From Podarcis liolepis (lineage: Eukaryota), in the NCBI GenBank assembly GCA_965112155.1, contig OZ218107.1: 64,000 nucleotides of DNA; one strand, written 5' to 3'. Below, one piece after another: positions 26,870-39,817 of the stretch. Numbering within the stretch: position 1 is the stretch's first letter; each line of letters opens with the position of its first letter. The notes under the pieces are model-generated. The model was not told where the DNA came from and searched no databases. It saw only the letters and a program-made list of their open reading frames with translations. Both the position numbers and the translations under genes were made by a program.

Positions 26870-27530
26870 CAGGAAAAGGTTCCATAAAGGATAACATTCC
26901 TATGAGGAAAGGTTAGAACCTTTTGGACTTTTTGGTTTAGGAAAAAAAGGGGGGCATAACAGATGTCTATGTATGATATGGATAAAATGGATAGGTGGAT
27001 TTCCCCCCCTCTCCCTTTTTCATAATACTAGAACCCAGTAACATTGAATGAAGCTGAAAGTTGGCAAAAGGAAATACTCCTTCTCAAGAGCATGGTTAAA
27101 GCATGGAGTTTGGTCCCGCAAGGTACAGTGATGGTCACCAACTTGGGTGGCATTAAAATGGATTAGGCCAGCGGTTCTCAACCTGTGGGTCCCCAGATGT
27201 TGTTGGGCTACAACTCCCATCATCCCTGAGTTCTGGCCTTGGTAGCTAGGGGTGATGGGAGTTGTAGTTCAACAACATCTGGGGACCCACAGGTTGAGAA
27301 AGCCTGGATTAGGCAAATTCATGGAGAGTAAGGCTCTCAATAACTAGGCATGATGGTTATGGTCTACATTCTGTGTTGGAGGCAACGTGCTTCTACACAG
27401 CAGTTTCTGGGAATCACAATTAGGGAGAGTTCTGTTGCAATCAGGTCCTGTTTGTAGGTTTCCCCTGGGCATCTGGTTGGGACCTGTGAGAACAAGATGC
27501 TGAACTAGATAGGCTTTTAGTCTGTACCAT
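26870..27530 (+). mobile_element. Degenerate CR1-like LINE 3' part, interrupted by a hAT MITE
   Basis: cctatgaggaaaggttag, tagaacc..cattgaatgaagct and aggaaatactccttc motifs; 3' end gatgctgaactagat. Confidence 0.6.
27169..27306. mobile_element. Palindromic hAT MITE (138 bp)
   Basis: 8-bp TSD gattaggc at 27161-68 and 27307-14; the two halves are near-perfect reverse complements. Confidence 0.92.
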
Positions 27531-28874
27531 TGTGTCACCTCTGGTAGTCACCTCTGCAGGGGGAAAAATTGGTTAAGGACTTAAATAAAGAAAGAAACCC
27601 AAAACTGTTTTTTCCCCCAGTTACTGCAAGAAACTATAGGCAATGACCAATTTGTGCAGGCATTATGTTCATGACCCTCCCTTCTCTGTTATGCTCCCGA
27701 CTCACTCAGTTCCACTCCCTTTTCCGGCCACTTCTAGGTCGCCATGATGTGTGTGGTTGCACTCCTGCCTCAATCAGACGTGCGTAAATCTGTTGTTGTC
27801 TATATTTGTAGTCTAACTAGCACTAGCAAACTACAATATTGCAACATCAGGAGGTGACCTGAAGGATGATGGGGATGAAGCTAGCAAGCCTTTCCCCACA
27901 GTCCCCCTCATGTCAAATATCTGTGAAGACATTGATTCAGTCTAAAGACGCAAATATCTAACAGGACAAGATGGCTGTTCTCGTTTGAACATCCTTGTGG
28001 ATGGTCAAGGATATGCCAGCAATTGCTAGCTGTGCTTGGACTGAGAACACTTACGCGTTGTAGGTGTGAACCTGTACATTAATCTGAATATTTCTTTCCT
28101 TTCATGGACAAGTCTAAAGAAAAGCATTCCATTAGGAAAGTCATGATTCTTTTCCTCACTCCATCTTATTTAGTTAAAGCACTTAAACAGCTATTTCCCA
28201 TCAATCAGAACATATGTAGGACTTCTCAAGGGGCAATTAGAACGGCTTTGGAAATGAAGATATATATTAAAAGCCATTTTAGTGGGGTGGGGCAGAATAG
28301 CTTAAGTGAATGCCTGCTCTTTCTTTATGCCTCCAATCCACATACATATTGTCTCCTGAAAATCTTGAACATGTACACCCAGTTTCTGTCCCTTGATTGT
28401 CCCACCTCCTAATAATCTTGCATCTCTCTGTTCCATGTGAATCAGGAGAGGGGCCTGAGATGCTAGAATGGTGCTTGGAGGTGGTGATGGGCTGGATGTG
28501 GCAGATAAATCAAAGACTTTATACATTGAAGGGTGGGAGTGAAGTTGATGGAGGATAAGGCTATCAATGACTACAAGCCACACTGGCTATTCTCTCCCCA
28601 CTAGTCAGAGGCAGTATTGCTTCTAAATTTCAGTTTCTGTGAACCATATGGGGTTGGGAGTGCTCTCCCCCCCTTTTTGAATAACTTTTTATTGCATTTT
28701 ATAAACAAGAATAATGTTATACAAATAAGTATACCAAGTTTTCTCATGCCATTTGTACATCACAAAAATAGCATAATAAATGTGGAGTGATATCTACAAC
28801 ATATGGTTCATTATTAGCGGTCAGTGTATAAGTTCTTGGTTCATGAATTGGTTTAAACAAAGGGGAAACAGGAT

Positions 28875-29198
28875 GTTGTTGTTGTTGTTTAGTCATTTAG
28901 TCGTGTCCGACTCTTCGTGACCCCATGGACCAGAGCACGCCAGGCACTCCTGTCTTCCACCGCCTCCCGCAGTTTGGTCAAACTCATGCTGGTAGCTTCA
29001 AGAGCACTGTCCAACCCTCTCGTCCTCTGTCGTCCCCTTCTCCTTGTGCCCTAAATATTTCCCAACATCAGGGTCTTTTCCAGGGAGTCTTCTCTTCTCA
29101 TGAGGTGGCCAAAGTCTTGGAGCCTCAGCTTCAGGATCTGTCCTTCCAGTGAGCACTCAGGGCTGATTTCTTTAACAATGGATAGGTTTGATCTTCTT
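28875..29198 (-). mobile_element. BovB LINE 3' fragment
   Basis: Highly similar to 11029-11345; (CAA)n tail; TSD ggaaacaggat at 28864-74 and 29199-209. Confidence 0.95.
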
Positions 29199-29315
29199 GG
29201 AAACAGGATAGAACAGAGTTAACAGACAACATTCAACATCACAAACCAAATGCCTAATCAGGAGACCTCGTGGTTGTGCTTAGAGTTAAGTATGAGTAAT
29301 AGTAATTTTTAATTG

Positions 29316-29484
29316 CCGTATTTTTTGCTCTATAACACGCACCTGACCATAACACGCACATAGTTTTTATAGGAGGAAAATCCATAGGCATGCCACCTGT
29401 AGGCATTCCCTCCATAACACGCACAGACATTTCCCCTTACTTTTCAGGAGGAAAAAAGTGAGTGTTATGGTGCAAAAAATACGG
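29316..29484. mobile_element. TcMar Tc2/pogo-like MITE (CCGTA termini)
   Basis: ccgtattttttgc ... gcaaaaaatacgg followed by TA. Confidence 0.8.
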
Positions 29485-29764
29485 TACTCCTTTATGTGAA
29501 TGAGCACAAGGAATGCTGGTGACTTGAAGTACATTTAATAAAATGAAGGACTGTTTTGTGAACACAGCTTAACAGAGCAGCTGAAGAAATGAGAAACAGA
29601 CTCTTTTGGAAAGATAAAATCCGAATTCCTCTACTGCTGGCCAGGTTGCCTGCCAGACCGTGGTTACTTACCGTATATTATAGAGGCATTGTATAAACTT
29701 CAGATCTTTACTGAGGCTGTTCATGCTGCTGTTTTGAATTTTTTTGTGTGTGGGGGGGGGAGGG

Positions 29765-29885
29765 GTCCTCTTGTCCTCAGGTCCTGCTTGGAGGTTTCCC
29801 ACCTACAAGGTTGGCCACTGTGAAAACAGGGCACTGGACTAGACGGGCCATTGGCTTGATCTAGCAGGCTCTTCTTATGTTTTTT
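29765..29885 (+). mobile_element. CR1-like 3' end
   Basis: ggttggccactgtga..ctggactaga.gggccattggc..tctagcaggctcttcttatg. Confidence 0.65.
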
Positions 29886-31096
29886 AATTCTGTGGGTGTT
29901 TAGTTATACTGTAATCAATGGAGCTTGTTCCCAGCAAGTAAGCAAACCCCAGATTCGATACTTTGCAGTTGGGTAGGCAGGGAGTGAAGGTTTCCATCAA
30001 ACTTAGCAGAAGATGTTTTGCTTTAATATATAAAAAAGCTGAGTGTAGGTTTCTTCCAACCAGAAGCTTGTCTACAATGGGAATATAAATTGTCAGTTAA
30101 TGGAGATATTTTGTTAGATTATGTGGCAGGGATCTGGGTTCCTGAAACAAAGGTCAGGGGCACTATTCCCCATGTGCATTTTAACTAGCAGATTTGGTGA
30201 CCATGCCTGAACTCTGCTGTGTGTGAGACAGACTGTCTGTAGATTGATTGCATGGAATAACCCACAGTATTTCAGAAAAATGTAACTTACAGGGAAATGC
30301 TTGCTGTGATGTGGAGGAAGCAAAATTGGCCTTGCACACACTTTGTGGTTTTCATTTTCATGGATGCAAATGGATTGCAAAATGAGGTTGTTAAGTTTGT
30401 GGTGCATAATGAAGGTTGAGCTGATAAATACAAGTATCAGAAAAAAGGGTGTGTGTGATTGTTTTGGCACTTAAAATATACAACCTGGTAAATGTCTCAG
30501 GTTTCAGTATTTCTTGTTACTTATTTATAATGTCCAGATCTGAAATGTGAAGAGTCCTGCTTTTTAAGGGCTTATGTATATTCTCATCCACACGGTGTAC
30601 CGAAACAAGATCTTGAAAAACGTGGCTGCTCCAGCCTATTTAATTCAGTCAAGGAAGTGGCATATAAGCATATGAATCTGTGAGCCGGATTTTGCCATTC
30701 TGAGTGCTGCCAGCCTTTTCAGTGTGTATATGGGTATATATTTTTCTGCCTTCTTCTTCTCCTTAGGACAAAGGTTATAAGCAAAGTGAAATCCGCATAG
30801 TGCTGTAAAGATTTTTCCGCCTGTGAAATATTTTCAAAAGGCCTCTAACCCGAACGCTGTAACTGCCCTTGCAGTTTTATCCAAAGGTTACCAAAGAAGC
30901 AAACAAAAAAGTTGGATTTTCGCCCTTCTAGGTACACCCAAAGGCCCATAGCTATTCACATAAAGGAAGTCACAACACAGTCCCATTCTCTTGCTTTTAA
31001 TGGGCCATAGTTCAGTGGTAGAGCACATGCTTAATATACAGAGGATAGGAACACACCCTCCAACATTTTTCTGATGAAAATAGGAATGTCCTTTTC

Positions 31097-31127
<31 letters not shown>

Positions 31128-31282
31128 TGCCACCCATCTGACTGGGTTGCCCCAGCCACTCTGGGCAGCTTTCAACAGATATAAAAACATAATAAAACAC
31201 TAAATATTAAAGAAACTTCCCTACACAGAGCTGCTTTCAGATGTCTTCTAAAGGTTGTATAGATACTTATCTCCTTGGCTTG
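31097..31282 (-). mobile_element. L2 LINE 3' fragment with (TTA)n tail
   Basis: Same 3' end as the 38134 copy (cccatctg.ctggg..ccccagccactctgggc). Confidence 0.85.
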
Positions 31283-31822
31283 GAGAGCAACTCTATGAGA
31301 TCAAGCCTCTATGAAAATAGTCTCTCTTTTAAAGCCTTCTAAGTTACCGGACCAGACCGGGTATTACCACTGAGGGGGGTGACAAAATGCTGGGCGGCAC
31401 TCACCACGGGGCTTGCAGCACGCCTGAGCCATGCGTCTCTCCTGGGAGTGACACGATGGCTTGGGTGCCTGTAGGCTCCATGCTGCCCCAAACAGTCCGC
31501 CTGCCACCTCCCTCTCAGCTGTAGGGCGGCTGAGTGGGAAGAGGCAGGCAGACTCCTCGGAGGCCCTGCAAAGCATCCTACCCCGGCTGGCCCTGCCCCA
31601 CGGGCGGCTGGCCCCACCCCTGGGTGCAGGGCACGTGTGCCACCCCAGGCACCTGATCCACTTGCTCCGCCGCTGCTGCTTGCCCCATGTGCAAAAGCAT
31701 GCACAATGTTGCTGGTTGCACCACAAACTCGCCCCCTACCCACATTTCATTGATGCATTGCCCTTGCCTGTGTGAGCACATGTGGTTTGAGAAGAGCAAA
31801 GCACATAAACTATCCCAGAGAA

Positions 31823-32078
31823 CATGGGTAGGCAAACTAAAGCCCGGGGGCCCGATCAGGCCCAATTGCCTTCTCAATTTGGCCCGCAGACGGTCCAGGA
31901 ATCAGCGTGTTTTTACATGAGTAGAATGTGTCCTTTTATTTAAAATGCATCTCTGGGTTATTTGTGGGCCATAAGAATTTGTTCATTTCCCCCCCCCCCT
32001 TCAAAATGCAGTCTTGCCCCCAACAAGGTCTGTGTGACAATGGACCGGCTCCCTGCTGAAAAAGTTTGCTGGCCCCTG
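31823..32078. mobile_element. hAT (Charlie-like) MITE
   Basis: Ends catgggtaggcaaact / agtttgctggcccctg; 8-bp TSD ccagagaa; reverse complement of the 50522 element. Confidence 0.88.
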
Positions 32079-32913
32079 CCAGAGAAGGTCAGCAAGTAAC
32101 CTGAAATGATTGTCTTGCTTCTTTATGCTGCTCATTTGCTTTCACAAATCCTGATCCAGCTCTAGTTGTGCATGAATGTGTGGATGGGAATGCATATAGG
32201 AATATGCATCACAGAGAGAGTGACACAGAAGAGTGCTGACAGGTACCTTCAGCTCAGATAGATGCTCAGCCTGTCCCCTGTCCCCAAGGTCTAATTTGCA
32301 GGTTTGCACAAGCAGTCATGATGAGAAATAAATAAAACAGAAATGGGCACAAGAAACCTTTTAGATCATTGTCGTGCCATTGGAACAGCAGCATCTTAAT
32401 CAAAAAAAGAACCTGGTAGACTACCATAGAGTTGTATTCAACTAAGACTTACTCAGAGTAGCCTTATTAAATTAATGGACCTAACATTTTCAGTCATTCT
32501 AGTGGGTCTACTCTCAGTAAAACTTAGATGAATACCACTGATAGCCTCTCTGATAGGGAATCAGCGCAGAATTCTGGAGCACTGACAGAAATAAGCTCCA
32601 GATGCTCCATTCCATCATGAGGCTGGAATCAATATTCTGCTGAAACATCCCCAACCGTCTTCAAGGGCAGCATAGATGCACAGAGTGCATTACAGTACTT
32701 TAGCCTTGAGATGCCAAAGTCATGACTGATATCCCTAGGTCTGCATCTAATTAAAAAAGAGTTGCAGATTTTTCACCAGCGAGAGTTCCTGGACACAGCA
32801 GCAACCTTGAAATGTAGCAGTAGCCATGAATCTATGGAAACACAGAGCTCTGAGCTAGAATGATGAAGAAAGACCAAAGTCCACCAATGATGGGTGGCCC
32901 TAGGACACATGCA

Positions 32914-32914
<1 letters not shown>

Positions 32915-32949
<35 letters not shown>
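32915..32949. repeat. (CA)n microsatellite
   Basis: Direct reading. Confidence 0.95.
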
Positions 32950-32951
<2 letters not shown>

Positions 32952-33337
32952 GCTGAAAACAGCTAGTTCTGTCATGTCTGGTTTCACCTGCAGTTGGCTT
33001 GCCTGCATCGACTCCACTATCCTGGCCAAATTCTGAATAAATTCTGACATTACCTGGAGCAGATAAAAAAAGGGAGACGAGAACTGATGTCACCAACTTA
33101 TTGCTGACACAAAGCTCCATCCAAACTTCTCAGGTGACTTCCACAGCTGCTGAACACAAGCAGAGACCAATTGTAGACTACTCTGGGGAGATAAATAACT
33201 TGTGCTGAGGGGAAATATAGCTTGGAAACCTCATTTGCTGGATGTAAAGTGGGACCCCTTTCCCATTCATTGTGTGTGTTAGAAAGATAGGTGAAGTTTG
33301 TCTATTGTGCTGCAGAAAGGGAGCAGATTGCGTAGGT

Positions 33338-33393
<56 letters not shown>

Positions 33394-33622
33394 TTTCTAT
33401 GCCACCCTTCATCCTAAAATCACAGAGATGTTTACAATATAAAAACACACAAAAAGTCATAGTACCATAGTAAACAGGTAAAGGTAAGATAACAATACCT
33501 CCCACAGTTTAAAAGGCCATATATTGTTTAATTAGCCAAAAGCCAGGGAAAAGAGGAATGTTTTTGCCTAGTGCCTAAAGATATGTGTAAAAAAAAAAAA
33601 GCGCCAGGTGAGCCTACCTGGT
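33338..33622 (-). mobile_element. Older L2-like 3' fragment with (AAAT)n tail
   Basis: (attt)n followed by gccacccttc..cacag, an L2-like 3'UTR and ccaaaagcc.ggg.aaagagg..gttttt. Confidence 0.6.
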
Positions 33623-33764
33623 GATGCTTCCTTCTCTTCCTGTATTGCATTGCAACCTGAGGACACAGAACCACAAGTCAGGAGTGGATACTTGCAATGA
33701 ATGGACACAAGATCATTTGCCACAACTTTCTAGGTTGTATTGCATTGACTCACAGCCCAGCTAC

Positions 33765-34030
33765 CAATGGGGAAGAAATTCAATTCAGTTCTCATTTAAG
33801 AGTGAGCCTGCTCAATTTGTACTTTCCGAAACAATATGTGAACCCAAACAGATCTATCCTTCAAAATTTGCACTTCAGCGGATTTTTCAAAATTACATTT
33901 GAAAAAATGTGTATATCAGGAGATATTTGCACTAAAAGGTTGTTGAATTTTCACCCAACTGACATGGAAATGTGGAGAACTGAATTTGAGAAATTGAAAT
34001 TGACAGATTCACCCGTACCTCATCCAAGTT
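33765..34030. mobile_element. Old DNA-transposon-like repeat (family of 3896)
   Basis: Shared attcagttctcatttaag and gaaattgacagattca motifs. Confidence 0.5.
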
Positions 34031-35220
34031 TTTAGACTCATTCTTGGTTTTAACTGGAAAGGGGAAATGTATCCCTAAATTTAGGTTGCAATCCTTTGCT
34101 CACGTACCAGGAGGCAGGTCCTATTAAACTCTGCCTCAGCCATGTTACAGAAGCTGCAGGACTTTCTCTATGTTCTAAAGGTCCCTGATTTAAAATGTCT
34201 TCTTTGTTTACCTTGGCTTGATTTTATTTTACTCTCAAAGTGAATAAGGCATATGGAAGGAAAAGTAAGAAGACATATTTGGGAAAATGCATGAAGTGCT
34301 TAACCCACCTATCGAATGGCTTTGCAGTCTTTCGTCCTGCTCTGAAGACAGGTTTCTAAAAGGTCACCTTTAAAAGCACCTATCTGTCAAATGCTGCCTT
34401 ACTAAGGGTTTCCTGTCTCCTTTCTTTTGGTTCTGTTCCAGACAGTCCCTTGCATGCATTCAGCAAAGTATTTTCATTTGCAAACTGTCTCTTCTCTGGT
34501 GTGCCACAAATGGCTTTTAAACCTCAAGAGTTCTCTTAAAAGCTGCTTTGGATATAGCGTAGGGAGAAGTTCCACCTGAGTTTTAGGATGACAAACTGCA
34601 TACTCAGGTTTTCTTGCCTGCATCGGGGTATATGTGCTTTAAAAACAAACTTTAAGCACAGCAATCATCTCTGTTTTCTTCAGAACATAATTGGTCATTT
34701 TCTCCTTTTTTCACACACTGGTAATTCTTCTCCCTTCCTCCTCCTCCCCCCCCCCTTTTAAAAGATATGTTGAAAGCTCCAAAAGCTGCTTGTATGTGAT
34801 AGAAAACACTTTATACAAAATACATGCAGGGATAAGAAATTCATTTCAGTGAATATGAAAGCAGCATTATTCTCCCAAGCACAATTTTTATCCAGGATGC
34901 AGTGGAGCATAGGAGCAATGCTTCTGGTAAATAAGCACATCAGACAAAATATAACACCAACTAAGTAGCAGTTTTGATTAGATGACTTGCTCACAGGATC
35001 TTATTTTTTAAAAACTATCTTCTCTTCCCTGTTCCTCTGCTTTCTGAGGAGTGATTGGTGGCAATGTGCAAGGGAGCTTTCTGTTTTAGATGTCTGAACA
35101 CACTCCCTTTTCATTTTATTTACCTTATTTAATTTATTGTTCTGGCTTCTTTCCCTTCTTCCTTTTCTGATGCTGGGTTCTTCGCACTTTTTAAATGCTA
35201 TTAAATCAAAAGTCCTCCCT

Positions 35221-35442
35221 TATTTATTTACTGTTCCATTTATACCCCACCTTTAATCCAAGGAGCTCGATATGGCATACATAGTTCTCCTTCATCTCCA
35301 TTTGATTCTTACAGCAACCTTGTAAAGCAGATTAGGCTGAGAGACTGTGATTTGTCATTCAACAAGCATCAGGGATGAGCGGAGCTTTGAACTCTGGTCT
35401 CCCAGGTCCTACTCCAACTGTCCAACCATTACACTACACTGG
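35221..35442 (-). mobile_element. MIR/CORE-like SINE relic
   Basis: Reverse tRNA-like head (tttgaactctggtctcc..ccattacactacactgg), core cttacagcaaccttgt..attaggctgagagac and an L2-like tail. Confidence 0.6.
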
Positions 35443-37830
35443 GAGCACTGGTTTTGATGAGCACTATTTATATTTGCCATGGGGGGGGGGGGCTTTTTTG
35501 TTCAGAGGAAAGACACAGTGTGAAGGGACATGATAGACGTCTACCAAATTATGCACAATGTGGGGACTTGGGACACCCAACAAAGTCAAATATTGAAAGC
35601 TTCAGGACAGACAAAAGAATGTTGAAGGGTGCAAGGCTGTCAGGCATGGAGATCCTTTCCCCCTCCATTAGCATCAAAGGCAAGGATAACAAGCAGTTCG
35701 TATTTTATAGTCCTTTTCATTCAATCATCTGGTTGCACGACAAGAATCCATGTCTCCACACACACAAAGAGAGACGTTGGCTACTCTGAGCCCTGCCTCT
35801 TCCGTCCCCAACAACCTCCTGAGTGCCAATGGGAAGTCCCACCCACCATCTTGTAACTGGGCAATTCCTCTTCAAATGGTTATAGCAGCTCTCTTTCTCT
35901 CTACTGTAAGCAAGGGGGCAAAAATCCCCACCTCCTCCTCTTCTGTCTTCCTGTTCCGACCATTCCCTGACAAAGACAGATGCAGCACATGGTTAAATGA
36001 TGGCATTCACCGAAGCAGGTGGAAAAAAAGAGATGTCCTTGGCTTCCAACTCAAAAAATTGTTACACAGTTCCTTAACAGGCCACTGGATAATCCCATAT
36101 TCGGGTGGCTGGGTGGGATAAACGCTCTGAGGAAGAGGAGGGAATGCTTAATTTTTAAAGCAGAACACATTCTCTCACCCCCATTGGCTGCATTGGCTCA
36201 TCCATCGTCATCCTCAGGGAGGGGCAAACTTCCCTGCAACTGTGGATTGGAGGAGAAAAAAATCCCCAGGGTATCATCATCCCTGCCCCACCTTTGGAAC
36301 AACATGGTCTGGTGAGTAACCATGCCAGTCTGCTTTATTGATTGCAGCCCTCTTTCCTGCATTCCATATAAGTGAATTTACCCCCCATATTTGGTCCGAT
36401 CACTTAGATGGAGCAAAGGAAAGTAGCTGCTATCAGGAAAATGCTTGAGAAAGAAACATAGTTCTTCACCCTGCCTCATCAAGATAGGACACGGAGCAAA
36501 ATTTATTTACCTCTGGCAGCAAAATAGCTGGATCTCACCCATGGCCAACAAACAAAATCAGTCCCCTCTTATTTTCTAAAATGTGCTGGAGCATACATTC
36601 AAAGGTTGAAAGGACAAACCAGGTTAATATTGTTACATCCCACCTTGATGCATTTTCTCAACTTTGATAACTTTGTTGTGAAAATAGCATGGTATAGGAG
36701 ACACAAAAGCCTGAAGAGTCGCTGATTCAGTTTCCACCAACGCAAGGAAGAAGACACACAGGCAGAAGCAGAGAAGTGTCAGGTTTGAGACTTTAGGGAC
36801 TGAAAGAAATATGAAATGTGAGTTTGGGTCCAAAGGAGATGTCAAACAACAGAGTTCAGGTAGGGGATAGAAACAAGATGGCGGGATGAAGCAGGGGTAA
36901 TAAGCTCCGAAGGTTCTGCTGCTTGTGTAAATGAAGTAAAAGAACAGAGGCTGATGAGAATTGCAGTCCAAAACATGTGGAGGGCACCAGGTTGATGGAG
37001 GCTGATTTAAATTCTTCATGTTCCAGACCAATGTGGTTTTTCCAGTTGCAGTACCGTGGGCCCACTGGGGCTGATGCATGTGATCTAGTTGACCCATGTA
37101 ATGTGAAACCTGTATTAACTGATGAGAGCAGAACACAGGGGGACAGTGGTTTGGGCATAACAGCCACATTGCAAAGGGAAATTGGGACTTGATGCCCTTG
37201 TGCTTGTCAAGGATGGGATGGCTGTTTCCCCAGTTTAGCTCACTGCTCTTCTCCTCTTTCATTTATGAAAGGGGCCTTAGAGCTTAATCAGTATTAACAG
37301 CAGTGTGACAGGCTATTTACTTGCTTGACACTACAGCTAATTCTTAGACCTGATAATAGCTTTCCTCCCTTATGATGCAGAACACTTTTAAAATGATTGA
37401 CGCTAAATGTTATTACTCTGTTAGTGGACTCAGAATTAATTCTAATCAAATGCTTCAGAAAGGCTTTAATTATATTTCTAGAATGTTGTCCAAACGTTGG
37501 AACCATATTTTGGTTATTTTGGATGACACTGTGTCATCAAATGGAAATTGTGGAACTCTCTTTTAATAAGTAAAGTAGTAGAAAAGGTAGACTCTTGCTC
37601 AGGTTTAGGTAATAGCTTTGAGAAAGTTAAACACCAGTGTTTACGAATATCAAGAAGTGTTAAAGGGTGTTTTGGTTCCCTCTCTCCAGAAGCATGAACA
37701 GATTTACTGGGTCTTGAAGGCTGTTCAATTATGGTAGTTAATTGAGCTGTTCTCATAACTATGTACATCGCGTAGGTGCAGCTATCGCAAGACAACTCCA
37801 TCCGGAGCTGGTCCAAGATATCTTGCCGCT

Positions 37831-38133
37831 TGTCATGGACTGGCTGGATGCAGAGGAGTGGGGCCAGGAGGCAGATAAGCTGGTTGAGGAAGAAGCCAGA
37901 GAATCTCCCTGTCCTGCTGTGACCAGCTCACCTCCTCCCTGGTGTTTTAGAACTCATAGAGAAATGAAGTGGGTGAGCAGAGCAGAGGAAGGTTGTATCT
38001 GAGTACAACTGTCCTCTGCTCTGCCAACCCACTTCATTTCACAGCCTGAGACTGTGTGGGGAAAACCCTGGAGAGGAGGAGTTCCAAGGGCACTGGGAAG
38101 GTGGGGACCTTCATTCCTTGCAACTGCAAAACC

Positions 38134-38196
<63 letters not shown>

Positions 38197-38602
38197 TTAT
38201 TATTTATACCCCGCCCATCTGGCTGAGTTTCCCCAGCCACTCTGGGCGGCTTCCAATCAAGTGTTAAAAACAATACAGCATTAAATATTAAAAACTTCCC
38301 TAAACAGGGCTGCCTTCAGATGTCTTTTGAAGAGAAGATAGCTGCTTATTTCCTTCACATCTGAAGGGAGGGCGTTCCACAGGGCGGGCGCCACTACCAA
38401 GAAGGCCCTCTGTCTGGTTCCCTGTAACCTCACTTCTCACAATGAGGGAACCGCCAGAAGGCCCTCAGTGCTGGATCTCCAAAGAGTTCCTGAGGCCACC
38501 AGGCCAGAGCTGTGGCTTGTTTCCTTGAATAAAGGGTTCGCTTCACCGGCCTTGAGTGATTCATTGTGTTGGGCTGACCTACGCCTGACTCTAGCCCTGA
38601 CA
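37831..38602 (+). mobile_element. Probable solo LTR with a nested L2
   Basis: TGTCATGG ... CCCTGACA termini; AATAAA near 38528; the internal segment resembles 1380-1450. The TSD is only degenerate (ccgct/ctacc). Confidence 0.55.
38134..38479 (-). mobile_element. L2 LINE 3' fragment with (TTA)n tail
   Basis: The minus strand reads RSSTEGLLAVPSL(stop)EVRLQGTRQRAFLVVAPALWNALP..FKRHLKAALFREVF, a typical L2 ORF2 end. Confidence 0.88.
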
Positions 38603-39085
38603 CTACCTGAGACAAAGTGGGTATCCCCACTTCCCATTCACATACAGAAGCCAACTGGACTGGCAGCTGAATCTAACTTCAAGTGAGGACCACAGGCCAG
38701 CTTAAGGGTGTGTAGGGCAAGCTGCCTTGCACCCACAGCCCTGTCCTCAAACATATTGCCACTGGTTCTAAGTTGGAGGTATTACAATAATATTTAATGG
38801 CTAGAAATATGTGTGTGTCGATGTACAATTTTTAGGAGTATTTTTTGATGAATAAGTGGAGCGTTGGAATGGGAAGCCCACTCATCCTCCTTTGCACTGC
38901 AACACACCCCACTTTTCCATTTCATAGCTTCATAGGGACAGAAATTATGTTGTAATGCTGAAGAAAACAGAAGGTTTGGTATACAGAACTACTCAAGAGA
39001 TTGTACAGTAACTTAATAATGCAGGGTAGCCCTGTGGTGGAGTAAAAACCTATCTGGAGGAAAAGAATGCAACCCTATACTCACT

Positions 39086-39178
39086 GTCTATCTGAAGAAG
39101 TGTGCATGCACACAAAAGCTTATACCCAGAACAATCTTAGTTGGTCTCTAAGGTGCTACTGGACATTTTTTTATTTAT
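39086..39178 (+). mobile_element. Penelope-like element pLTR fragment with mutated hammerhead motif
   Basis: ctgaagaagtgtgcatgcacacAaaagcttatacc..cttagttggtctctaaggtgctactgga; flanking ctatactca(ct) duplication. Confidence 0.75.
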
Positions 39179-39190
39179 CTATACTCACTT

Positions 39191-39534
39191 AAAGGTAAAG
39201 GGACCCCTGACCATTAGGTCTAGTCGCGGACGACTCTGGGGTTGCGGTGCTCATCTCACTTTATTGGCTGAGGGAGCCAGCGTACAGCTTCCGGGTCATG
39301 TGGCCAGCATGACTAAGCTGCTTCTGGCAAAGCAGAGAAGCACATGGAAATGCCATTTACCTTCCTGCGATACCTATTTATCTACTTGCCCTTTGACATG
39401 CTTTCGAACTGCTAGGTTGGCAGGAGCAGGGACCGAGCAACAGGAACTCACCCCGTCATGGGGATTCGAACCGCCGACCTTCTGATTGTCAAGTCCTAGG
39501 CTCTGTGGTTTAACCCACAGTGCCACCCGTGTCC
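39191..39534 (-). mobile_element. Sauria SINE (full length)
   Basis: Reverse complement of the 56376 type; tail aaaggtaaagggacccctg. Confidence 0.95.
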
Positions 39535-39645
39535 TACTCAAGAGATTGTACAGTAACTTAATAATGCAGGGTAGCACTGTGGTAGAGTAAAAACCTATCT
39601 GGAGGAAAAGAAAGCAACCCTATACCCACTGTCTAACTAAAGAAG

Positions 39646-39769
39646 ACATCTTAAGGCAGCCCTGTTCAGGGAAGTTTTTAATGTATGATATTTTAGTGTT
39701 TTTTTGGTTTCTATGGAAGCCGCCCAGAGTGGCTGGGGAAACCCAGCCAGATGGGTGGGGTACAAATAA

Positions 39770-39815
<46 letters not shown>
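39646..39815 (+). mobile_element. L2 3' fragment with (TTA)n tail inserted into the second Penelope copy
   Basis: Same family as 38134; flanked by taaagaag at 39638-45 and 39816-23. Confidence 0.85.

Positions 39816-39817
<2 letters not shown>

Noticed and set aside
30740-30830. Strong plus-strand splice acceptor ttcttctccttag
   Set aside because: All three frames stop within 45 nt and there is no good donor nearby.
31339-31775. GC/CpG-rich stretch with ORFs on both strands, suggesting a promoter CpG island
   Set aside because: It is short, ends in a TIR-like gctccgccgctg and lies among transposon fragments; more likely the interior of a DNA transposon.
36633-37262. 209-aa minus-strand ORF
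   Set aside because: No recognisable domain or splice context, and it crosses a degenerate hAT-MITE-like relic near 36950-37010; probably chance.
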